A DNA stretch of 64,000 nucleotides, from NCBI GenBank assembly GCA_051382335.1, contig JBBCAX010000025.1, forward strand, positions 1 through 64,000, written 5' to 3'. Shown here one piece after another: positions 1 through 8,177 of the stretch; position 1 is the stretch's first letter; each line of letters starts with the position of its first letter. The notes below the pieces were generated by a model that did no database searches, had not been told where the DNA came from, and saw only the letters and a program-made list of their open reading frames with translations. This stretch comes from Deltaproteobacteria bacterium TL4. Lineage in GTDB: Bacteria; SAR324; NAC60-12. The position numbers and the translations under genes are program-made.

Positions 1-8
1 CGGCTTTC

Positions 9-47
9 TGGTGCGCTCGCTTCGCTTAAGCGGCACCCTACCTTAAG
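9..47 (-). repeat. REP-like palindromic repeat, copy 1 (39 nt unit)
   Basis: tggtgcgctcgcttcgcttaagcggcaccctaccttaag. The minus strand reads GTAG followed by an imperfect GGTGC..GCACC hairpin. Near-identical copies at 945-983 and 984-1014. Confidence 0.85.
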
Positions 48-57
48 TTTCTCCTCG

Positions 58-79
58 TTCCCAAGCTCCAGTTTGGGAA
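58..79. repeat. Short palindromic element (ttcccaagct-cc-agtttgggaa)
   Basis: 10 bp inverted repeat with one G-U type mismatch, directly next to REP copy 1. Confidence 0.5.
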
Positions 80-218
80 GGCTTTGCTCTTTGTTTCGTA
101 ACCTTTCCTCTGTGGTTCCAGCCGCGTCCGCTTTGAAATTCCGCTTGCTCTTCGTCCAGTTTCTTGTCAGAATGGCATAAAACACCTGCTTAAAAAAACG
201 CTTGTCTGAAAAGGGCTT

Positions 219-899
219 ATGACCGATCAAGAACTCAAAGAACTGGTTGCCAGCTTGGCAATCGCCCAAAAAGAAACCGACCAACAACTCAAAGAAACCG
301 ACCGTCAACTCAAGGAAACCGACCGTCAACTCAAGGAAACCAGCCGTGAGATGAAAGAAAAAACAGCGGAAACTGACCGACAGCTCAATGAAAAATTTGC
401 GGAAACCGACCGACAGCTCAATGAAAAATTTGCGGAAACGAGCCGTATCGTCAAAGAATTGTCAAAAAATATCGGAGGCTTGAATAACAAGTTTGGTTCC
501 TTCACCGAAGGGATGGCGTTTCCCTCCATCTCGAAAATCATGACAGAACGCTTTGGGATGGATACCTTTCTGACCCGTCTCCGCAAAAGGAAAGAGGGAA
601 AGAATATGGAAGTGGACGCGGTGGCCTATACGAATGGGACGGTGAATGAGTTGTATGTGATTGAAGTCAAAAGTCGTCTGGAACAACGGGATCTGGACCA
701 AACGCTGGAGATTCTGAAAAACTTCCGGCTGTTTTTTCCGGAGTTTTCCGACAAAACCATCCGGGGAATGCTCGTCTATGTGGATACCGAGTCTTCCGTG
801 AGAGAGGACGTCCTGCGATCGGGGCTGTATCTGGCAGCCATCCATGATGAAGTCTTTTCCCTTGAAACTCCCGCCAACTTTACGCCCAAAACCTTCTGA
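219..899 (+). CDS. Coiled-coil repeat protein with C-terminal PD-(D/E)XK nuclease-like domain (DUF3782-like)
   Basis: KETDRQL and AETDRQLNEKF tandem repeats, then KFGSFTEG and the EVD...IEVK nuclease-fold motif. Confidence 0.8.
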   Translation: MTDQELKELVASLAIAQKETDQQLKETDRQLKETDRQLKETSREMKEKTAETDRQLNEKFAETDRQLNEKFAETSRIVKELSKNIGGLNNKFGSFTEGMAFPSISKIMTERFGMDTFLTRLRKRKEGKNMEVDAVAYTNGTVNELYVIEVKSRLEQRDLDQTLEILKNFRLFFPEFSDKTIRGMLVYVDTESSVREDVLRSGLYLAAIHDEVFSLETPANFTPKTF

Positions 900-944
900 G
901 GGGTCTGTCCTGGTCGCGAGACTTTCTACCGTGTTTTCTCTTTG

Positions 945-1014
945 TGGCGCGCTCGCTTCGCTTAAGCGGCACCCTACCTTAAGTGGCGCGCTCGCTTCGC
1001 TTAAGCGGCACCCT
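945..1014 (-). repeat. REP-like repeat, tandem copies 2 (945-983) and 3 (984-1014, partial)
   Basis: Direct repeats of the 9-47 unit, differing at one position (t/c). Confidence 0.85.
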
Positions 1015-1290
1015 TTCTACAAACCCGCTAAAATCCAGCGTTTATTTAGGAAAGATGTCTATTCGTTTGTCATTTCCCGGGTCAAGAAGGGGCCAATGAA
1101 TAGTTGAGCTCCTTTAAAATCATGAATAACTCCGCTGACGGTTAGGAGATTCGCTTGTTATTTGAAAATTCCACTGAATCGCTGGTAAATTTTATTGTGA
1201 CCGTGTAAGGTGGCGTCATCAAGAACGTGGGGGTTGAATCAGCTCTCAGGAAAAAACAGTAAGACCGACAGAAGAGGAAAAACCTTAATT

Positions 1291-3069
1291 ATGACTATTC
1301 TCATCAGCAGCCAATCCGTATCCAAGTCTTATGGAAGTAACGCTTTATTTTCTAATATTTCTTTAGGATTTTTTGAAAATGAACGTTTGGGATTAATCGG
1401 CCCCAACGGTTCAGGTAAGACCACCTTGCTTAAAATATTCGCAGAACAGGAAACCTCTGACTCTGGAACCATCGTGCGGAAACGAGGAACCCATTTGGTT
1501 TATCTGCCTCAAAATGACCAACTGGCTCCGCTCAAATCCGTTGGAGAAACGTTATTGGAGGCGCTGCCAGAAAGTATGGAAGAAGAACAACGCCATCAAC
1601 AGGTTAATGAAATTTTCAGGGAAATGCATTTCAAGGACAAGAGCCAAAAAGTGGGTTCCCTTTCAGGAGGTTGGCGTAAACGGGTTGCCATCGCTCAATC
1701 GCTCATTCAAAGTCCGGACTTATTACTGATGGATGAACCCACCAATCATCTCGACCTTGAAGGCATACTCTGGTTAGAAGAGCTGCTGAAGAACGCGCCT
1801 TTCGCCTTTGTTCTGGTCAGTCACGACCGGTATTTTTTAGAAAACACGACCAACCGGATTGTAGAACTCAATAAACAATACCCTGACGGCTTTTTGAAGG
1901 TCGAAGGCAGCTATAGTGATTTTATCCAGAAACGAGAAGAGTTTCTTCATGAACAGTCACAACAGGAACAAGTTCTTTCCAATAAAGTCCGCCGTGAATT
2001 AGAGTGGTTGAGAAGAGGGCCCAAAGCCCGAGGCACCAAAGCACAGTTTCGAATTGATAATGCGGAGCAGCTTCAAAATCAGCTCAGTGAGGTTAAAAGT
2101 CGTAATGCACAAAACCAAAAGGCACAGCTCGATTTTGAAGCAACCCACAGAAAAACCAAAAAACTGATTGAAACCAAAGATCTGACCATAACCCGAGGAG
2201 GGCAGCAAATACTCAAGAAGGTGAATGTCACCCTTTCTCCCAAAACGTGCCTGGGATTAATGGGATCCAACGGAAGTGGAAAAAGCACCTTATTAAAACT
2301 GCTCACTGGTGAATTATCTCAAGACTCGGGTTCAATCACCAAAGCGAATGGCGTTCAAATCGTAACCTTCGATCAAACACGGGAGCAATTGAACCCCAAT
2401 CAAACCCTGAAACAAGCCCTTGCGCCTGCGGGAGACAGTGTGATTTATCGAGGACGCTCCCTTCATGTTGCCGCCTGGGCCAGCCGATTTCTTTTTCCAA
2501 GAGCGCAATTGAATTTACCGGTGGCACAACTTTCCGGAGGAGAACACGCTCGGGTTCTGATCGCCAATCTAATGCTCAAACCCGCAGATGTTTTACTGTT
2601 AGACGAACCTACCAACGATTTGGATATTCCAACGCTTGAAGTCCTGGAGGAAAGTCTTCAAGATTTTCCCGGAGCGATCGTACTGGTAACCCATGATCGT
2701 TTCTTACTGGATCGCCTCAGTGATAAGATTCTCTATCTGGATGGTCAGGGAAATGCGGAATATTTTGCGGATTATGACCAATGGTATCAAAAACACAAAG
2801 TGCGCTCATCACAACCAACGACTTCTTCGGAGAAAAGAAAAGCCTTAAGCAAAATGAGTTACGAAGATCAAAAGGAATTAAACCGGATGAATAAAAAAAT
2901 TGAAAAAGCCGAAGAGATGGTGACCACCCTGCAACAACAGCTTCAAAACCTTGAAGTTACGAGTAATGCGGCCCGCCTGACAAAACTGTGCGCGCAACTG
3001 AAAGAAGCGGAAATAAACGTTGACCGCCTCTATCGACGGTGGGAGGAGTTAGAAGCTTTGAAGGAATAG
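1291..3069 (+). CDS. ABC-F family ATP-binding protein (Uup-like)
   Basis: Two NBDs (GPNGSGKT/LSGGW/DEPTN and GSNGSGKS/LSGGE/DEPTN), linker WLRRGPKARGTK, C-terminal coiled coil ending RWEELE, no TM segments. ATG at 1291 preferred over GTG at 1210. Confidence 0.9.
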   Translation: MTILISSQSVSKSYGSNALFSNISLGFFENERLGLIGPNGSGKTTLLKIFAEQETSDSGTIVRKRGTHLVYLPQNDQLAPLKSVGETLLEALPESMEEEQRHQQVNEIFREMHFKDKSQKVGSLSGGWRKRVAIAQSLIQSPDLLLMDEPTNHLDLEGILWLEELLKNAPFAFVLVSHDRYFLENTTNRIVELNKQYPDGFLKVEGSYSDFIQKREEFLHEQSQQEQVLSNKVRRELEWLRRGPKARGTKAQFRIDNAEQLQNQLSEVKSRNAQNQKAQLDFEATHRKTKKLIETKDLTITRGGQQILKKVNVTLSPKTCLGLMGSNGSGKSTLLKLLTGELSQDSGSITKANGVQIVTFDQTREQLNPNQTLKQALAPAGDSVIYRGRSLHVAAWASRFLFPRAQLNLPVAQLSGGEHARVLIANLMLKPADVLLLDEPTNDLDIPTLEVLEESLQDFPGAIVLVTHDRFLLDRLSDKILYLDGQGNAEYFADYDQWYQKHKVRSSQPTTSSEKRKALSKMSYEDQKELNRMNKKIEKAEEMVTTLQQQLQNLEVTSNAARLTKLCAQLKEAEINVDRLYRRWEELEALKE

Positions 3070-3082
3070 AGGTAAGCTTATT

Positions 3083-4867
3083 TTAGGTTTTTCTTTTCAA
3101 GGGAAATGAAATGTCAATCGTGGTTCCCTGAGCAGGTTCGATCGTGATGGTTCCCCGAAGCTGTGCGGTCAAGCCATTCACAATCCTCAGCCCCAAGGTT
3201 TTGGGTTTTTTGGTATCAATATTTTCCGGAAAACCCTTACCATTGTCATGCACCTGTAAGGAACAATGCGTTTCATCAACGCTTTTCAAGTGCACTTGAA
3301 TCACCCCCTTGTTGTTGGGTTCGAAGGCGTGTTTCAACGCATTGGTCACGAGCTCGTTGACAATCAAACCGCAGGGAATTGCCTGATCCAGGTCAATCCA
3401 GCCTTCACAACATCGTGATTCAACTTCAATTCGGTGGTAGCCGGTTGAATATTCCGAAAGTAGGCGCTCCGTCAGTGTTTCTAAAAAATCCTGCAAATTA
3501 ATCTTGGATAAATTTTCAGAGTGATACAGTTTGTCATAAATCAAGGCCATCGTATAGACACGATCTTGTGCTTGATTAAAAAGTTCCAAAACCTCTTTGT
3601 TGTTAGTCATTGAGGCCTGTAACCCTAAAAAGCCTGAAACAATAGCCAGATTATTTTTGACACGATGATGAATTTCCTGCAGGAGGGTTTCTTTTTCTTT
3701 CAATGCGGTAATGGTCGCCTCTTCTGCCCGTTTTCTCTCCGTAATATCACTGATGATCGCATCATAAGAAATCAACTGCCCGGAATCATCTCTTTCTAAA
3801 ACAGGGGTATTCCGAACCCAACGGAGGCTTCCATCCTTATGCGTGATGCGATGCTCCAACGCCACGGCATCGTTCCCTTGCAATAACTTTGATTCATGAG
3901 ACCGAAGCCGTTTTCTATCTTCCTTGTAAACGATCTGAGACCATAACTTAGGCTTTTTTTCAAAAGCCTCTTTCGGGTACCCCGTGACGGCGAAGCAGCC
4001 TGTACGATGGGAGACTGAGACGATTTCCCCGTTGTTAACATGCACCGTGTAAACATAATCCGTCACTGTTTCCAAAAGCACCCGGTAACGGTGTTGACTT
4101 TTACGAAGTTTAGCTTCGGATTGTTTCAACTGGGTAATATCAGTGAACACCAAGGTTACCGCAATGACCTGATTTTCCTGACTGACAGCGCTCACCCGAC
4201 ATAAATACCAAAAATCCTTTTTTTTAAAATGGCTTTCCCGCAATTCCATTTCATGACGCTGAGAGGTTTCGAAAACATGCGCCATGACCCCTCTCAGCAA
4301 TTCATTGTTTTCCTGGAGTAAATACTCATAGATGCATGTTCCCAGCACTCGTTCTTCTTCCAAATCAGCCAGAACAAGAGGTTGATTAATGAACAAAATC
4401 AGACACTCTTTATCAACGATGACGATCAAATCCGGAGAGTGGGTAATCAATGAATCCCATTTTTCGTCTAAATCCTGTGAAGCCTTTTGGACCATACCTC
4501 TTTCTGTGACATCTTGCCAACAGGCAATGTAATGAGTGATCTTTCCTCTTTTTTCTGTAATCGGACTTATGGTCGTTTGAACACAAAACAATTCGCCTTG
4601 TTTGTTTCGGTTAATCAATGCGCCACTGTAGGTTTTTCCTCTCTCCAGGGTCTCCCAAAGATCCTGATAAAAGGCCTGGGGGTGTTCTCCTGATTTTAGA
4701 ATTCTTGAATTTTTACCAAGCAATTCCTCACGTGAGTAGCCCGATATCCTCTCAAAAGCGCAATTAACAAACCCGATGACACCTTCATGATCCGTAATCA
4801 TGACCGCATCCGCTGTTTTATCAACAACATCTTTCAAGATTTGTAATTCTTTTTTAATCTTGTTCAT
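3083..4867 (-). CDS. Soluble sensor histidine kinase, 3 PAS/PAC domains plus HisKA_2/HATPase
   Basis: H-box EIHHRVKNNL, N-box NELVTNALKHAF, G-box DNGKG, three PAS-PAC repeats, no TM helix. Confidence 0.9.
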   Translation of the reverse strand: MNKIKKELQILKDVVDKTADAVMITDHEGVIGFVNCAFERISGYSREELLGKNSRILKSGEHPQAFYQDLWETLERGKTYSGALINRNKQGELFCVQTTISPITEKRGKITHYIACWQDVTERGMVQKASQDLDEKWDSLITHSPDLIVIVDKECLILFINQPLVLADLEEERVLGTCIYEYLLQENNELLRGVMAHVFETSQRHEMELRESHFKKKDFWYLCRVSAVSQENQVIAVTLVFTDITQLKQSEAKLRKSQHRYRVLLETVTDYVYTVHVNNGEIVSVSHRTGCFAVTGYPKEAFEKKPKLWSQIVYKEDRKRLRSHESKLLQGNDAVALEHRITHKDGSLRWVRNTPVLERDDSGQLISYDAIISDITERKRAEEATITALKEKETLLQEIHHRVKNNLAIVSGFLGLQASMTNNKEVLELFNQAQDRVYTMALIYDKLYHSENLSKINLQDFLETLTERLLSEYSTGYHRIEVESRCCEGWIDLDQAIPCGLIVNELVTNALKHAFEPNNKGVIQVHLKSVDETHCSLQVHDNGKGFPENIDTKKPKTLGLRIVNGLTAQLRGTITIEPAQGTTIDISFPLKRKT

Positions 4868-5019
4868 CAACCACCTACCCTACCGGGAAATCAGTTTTCA
4901 CACTCCTGACAGAAAGCCCCTCTTGCGCTACCTCTGTCTTCAAGTTTTCCGGCCGAAAACAGGATCACTCCCAGCGTCCTAAAATCATAGTTTTACCCCT
5001 CAAAACCAGCCAATTTTTA

Positions 5020-5044
5020 CACTATAAGGACTATAGTGAGTCCT
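5020..5044. promoter_or_regulatory. Overlapping inverted repeats in the divergent intergenic region, candidate operator
   Basis: cactata-aggac-tatagtg (5020-5038) overlaps aggact-N6-agtcct (5027-5044). Confidence 0.3.
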
Positions 5045-5215
5045 AAAAACGGTCAATTAGTAAAACTACCTAATAATAAAAAAAACCCTTGTTATTTTTA
5101 ATTTAGCGAGTATCCAGTTCAGGCATTGGACTGTTATGGCAAGATCGTATTGGATCAAATAGTTTAAGTTATTTTTATTGTCATTTATATGGTTAACTCT
5201 ACTTGGAAGTGAGAC

Positions 5216-7105
5216 ATGAAAGACAACAAGCCTCGTGAAGAAGGCGTTTCTTCAACAAAACTGAAACGCATACAAGCTGAAGAACAGATTGTGGAAATCA
5301 TCAGTGATTCCGGAGAAGGTGCCCAAACCGCAGGTCAGATTTTTGGTACCATCAACGCAAAAATGGGATATGGTGTTTGGACCGTTGAAATCATCCCGGC
5401 AGAAATTGAACCTCCGGCGAGATCACGCCAGGGGGCCAGTGGAAACCGTATTCGTTTTGGGACAAAGGCCATGACCAATGCGGGAGATACTGCGGATTTG
5501 GTTGTTGCGTTTAACGAGCAGGCTTTATACAGCCGTATTGATCAAAAGGGACTCAGAAAAGGGACTAAGGTCTTCATCGATCGTAAATGGGCGGACTCAA
5601 CCCAACCCGAGATTCGTGAAGACTATCGTGAAGCCTTGGAAGACTTTCGCAAACGAGGATACGAGATCTATGAAACCCCCATCGAAGAGGAGTGCTTGAA
5701 GCACATTACGGATCCAAGGCGAGGGAAAAATATGTGGGTGGTTGGAATGTTATGCGGTATTTACAGCCGGGATTTTGACTTGGTGAAGAAAGAAATCGAA
5801 GGTCGGTTCAAAAAAAAGGGAGACAAAGTCGTTGCGGTCAATTTGGCGTTGTTTCAATCAGGATACGAGTGGAGTCGGAAGAGTGTTGATTTCGAAGTGG
5901 AAGTCCCTGCCCGTGAAGACAAGACGGTCAAAGTTGTGATGAATGGAAACCAAGCCATCGCCTTGGGATGTATGGCCGCGGGAATTGAAGTTTGCTCCAT
6001 GTACCCGATTACTCCGGCAACCTCCGCCTCTCACCACTTGGCGACCTATTTTCACAATGTTGGTGGCTTTGTGCATCAAGCTGAAGATGAAATTGCGGCC
6101 ATCGGTTTCGCGATAGGAGTCTCTTACGCTGGAAAGACACCGGTGACGATTACTTCTGGCCCTGGCATGGCTTTAAAAACAGAATTCATAGCACTGGCCT
6201 CAATGGCTGAGATCCCCTTGGTCGTCGTGGATGTCCAGCGAGGAGGTCCCTCCACGGGGTTACCCACTAAAGTGGAACAGGCAGACCTGTTATCCACACT
6301 GTATGGAACACACGGAGATGCTCCAAAAATTATTATCGCCCCCTCAACCATTGAAGAATGTTTTCACTTCATCATCATGGCCCGCAAACTGGCAGAGTCC
6401 TTCAGAATACCGGTATTTGTTCTGACAGACGCCAATTTGGCAACAGGAGTTCAACCTTTTCCACGACCGGAATTGAGTGAAGACTGGTTATCGCTACCCG
6501 TGGACCAAAGCCCTTGGAATCCTGAAATCAAACCCTATCAATGGGATCCTGAAACCGGAATTTCACAACGCCCCATTCCTGGGCAGCGAGACGGAATGTA
6601 TGTTCTGACAGGGTTGGCACACAATGAAAAGAGTCACATTGCGTATGACTCTGAAGCCAATCAACATGGGATGACCATGCGCAGCAAAAAACTGCATACC
6701 TTACAAAAGACCTTAAAAGCTCCCGTCGTCCATGGAGACGATAAAGGCGATCTGTTGGTAGTGGGCTGGGGTTCCACCAGAGGAAGTATTGAAGAAGCGG
6801 TAGACCGCCTTCGTGCTACAGGCAAGAAGGTCTCTTCACTCCACCTCCGATTCCTTTCCCCAATGGAAAAAGACTTGGGGGATATATTTAAAAAATTCAA
6901 AAAGGTCATGACGGTGGAAATCAATTACAGTGACCCGGCAAATGATCCGGGTTGGAGTTCCGAACAGCGAACCTATGCCCAGTTGGCAATGATGCTTCGA
7001 GCCAGAACTCTCGTTGATATCGACTGTTGGTCCAGAGTTCCAGGTTATCCATTACAACCCTCTGAAGTTAAAGATGCCATTGCTAACGTTTTAGAACAAA
7101 TATAA
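5216..7105 (+). CDS. 2-oxoacid:ferredoxin oxidoreductase alpha subunit (gamma-alpha fusion, KorA-like)
   Basis: DSGEGAQTAG N-domain, intact YPITP, QAEDEIAA, TSGPG, QRGGPSTGLPT and GWGST motifs. Confidence 0.92.
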   Translation: MKDNKPREEGVSSTKLKRIQAEEQIVEIISDSGEGAQTAGQIFGTINAKMGYGVWTVEIIPAEIEPPARSRQGASGNRIRFGTKAMTNAGDTADLVVAFNEQALYSRIDQKGLRKGTKVFIDRKWADSTQPEIREDYREALEDFRKRGYEIYETPIEEECLKHITDPRRGKNMWVVGMLCGIYSRDFDLVKKEIEGRFKKKGDKVVAVNLALFQSGYEWSRKSVDFEVEVPAREDKTVKVVMNGNQAIALGCMAAGIEVCSMYPITPATSASHHLATYFHNVGGFVHQAEDEIAAIGFAIGVSYAGKTPVTITSGPGMALKTEFIALASMAEIPLVVVDVQRGGPSTGLPTKVEQADLLSTLYGTHGDAPKIIIAPSTIEECFHFIIMARKLAESFRIPVFVLTDANLATGVQPFPRPELSEDWLSLPVDQSPWNPEIKPYQWDPETGISQRPIPGQRDGMYVLTGLAHNEKSHIAYDSEANQHGMTMRSKKLHTLQKTLKAPVVHGDDKGDLLVVGWGSTRGSIEEAVDRLRATGKKVSSLHLRFLSPMEKDLGDIFKKFKKVMTVEINYSDPANDPGWSSEQRTYAQLAMMLRARTLVDIDCWSRVPGYPLQPSEVKDAIANVLEQI

Positions 7106-7115
7106 GGAGTCCCCC

Positions 7116-8069
7116 ATGTTAGGTATGAAAGCAGATTGGTTATATGAACCCCGTCCGAGACATTTTGTATTGAATGACTATGAGGGCGCGGAGGCAAGAT
7201 GGTGTTCCGGATGCGGCGATCACGCTGTTTTGAATGCGGTTCAACGTCTTGCGAGAGATGAGCAAATTGCGCCTGAAAAAATGGTCAATGTTTCTGGAAT
7301 TGGATGTTCCGGACGTTTTTCACACTATATGAAAACCTACGGCTTTCACGGACTGCACGGAAGAGCCTTGCCTGTCGCCTGCGGAGTCAAAAGCCGACGC
7401 CCTGATTTGAAAGTATTCGTCTCCACCGGAGATGGAGACTGCTGTTCAATTGGAACCGGACATTGGATTCATGCGATCCGTTACAACATGGATATGGTGA
7501 TTATGCTGTTTGATAACCATATCTACGGTTTGACCAAGGAGCAAACCTCTCCAACAACGAACAAAGGCGCGACTTCCAAAACACACCCCAGGGGAGCGTT
7601 TTTAGGTGCGATGAACCCCATCAGTGTCACATTAGGAATCACCAACGCGTCCTTCGTCGCGCAAACTGTGGATTGGAATCCGCCTCACCTTTATGAAACC
7701 ATAAAGGCAGGATACCGACATAAAGGTACGGCCTTTATTCGTATTTTTCAAAGATGTCCTCATTTTACCTCCAGCGTCTTTGACGCTTATCAAAAAGATC
7801 CTTCCTTGATACAACTGATGACGCACAAAGAGGGGATTCCTTTGGATGATGCGGTATTGAAAATGTTTAAAAATCGAGTGGAGCATGACCCTTCCAATCT
7901 TGTGGAAGCGCATGATCTTGCGAATAACAACGAACAGTTGCCTATTGGTTTGTTTTACAGAAACGCTGATGCCGATCGGTATGATGAGTATTCCGCACAA
8001 GGTATGGGTAAAACCAACGCTGAAAAACTGGAAGCCCTTGAAAAAGAGCTGGACCGGTTTAGTGTTTGA
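7116..8069 (+). CDS. 2-oxoacid:ferredoxin oxidoreductase beta subunit (TPP-binding, KorB-like)
   Basis: WCSGCGD, SGIGCS, HGRALP, TPP motif GDGD...DNHIYGLTK and QRCP. AGGAG RBS. Confidence 0.92.
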   Translation: MLGMKADWLYEPRPRHFVLNDYEGAEARWCSGCGDHAVLNAVQRLARDEQIAPEKMVNVSGIGCSGRFSHYMKTYGFHGLHGRALPVACGVKSRRPDLKVFVSTGDGDCCSIGTGHWIHAIRYNMDMVIMLFDNHIYGLTKEQTSPTTNKGATSKTHPRGAFLGAMNPISVTLGITNASFVAQTVDWNPPHLYETIKAGYRHKGTAFIRIFQRCPHFTSSVFDAYQKDPSLIQLMTHKEGIPLDDAVLKMFKNRVEHDPSNLVEAHDLANNNEQLPIGLFYRNADADRYDEYSAQGMGKTNAEKLEALEKELDRFSV

Positions 8070-8101
8070 TTGATTCCTGACCTTATTTTATTCACTTAAA
8101 C

Positions 8102-8155
8102 GCGGACGCCTTTCTCCTAAGATTGTACCTAAAATTGAGGAAAAAAGGGGTCTGC
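8102..8155. other. Intra-operon stem-loop after the beta subunit
   Basis: gcggacgcctttctcct pairs imperfectly with aggaaaaaaggggtctgc. No U-tract. Confidence 0.45.
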
Positions 8156-8177
8156 CTTAACTCGTTATTGAAACGCT

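Noticed and set aside
9..1014. CRISPR array
   Set aside because: Only three copies, two directly abutting with no spacer and one 900 nt away; no cas genes. The GTAG-hairpin form fits REP elements.
844..1107. 87-aa ORF with a repeated GALASLKRHP peptide
   Set aside because: The peptide repeat is just the translated REP tandem.
5137..5155. Sigma54 promoter (tggcaagatcgtattgg) upstream of the OFOR alpha gene
   Set aside because: There is no GC at the -12 position with the required GG-N10-GC spacing.
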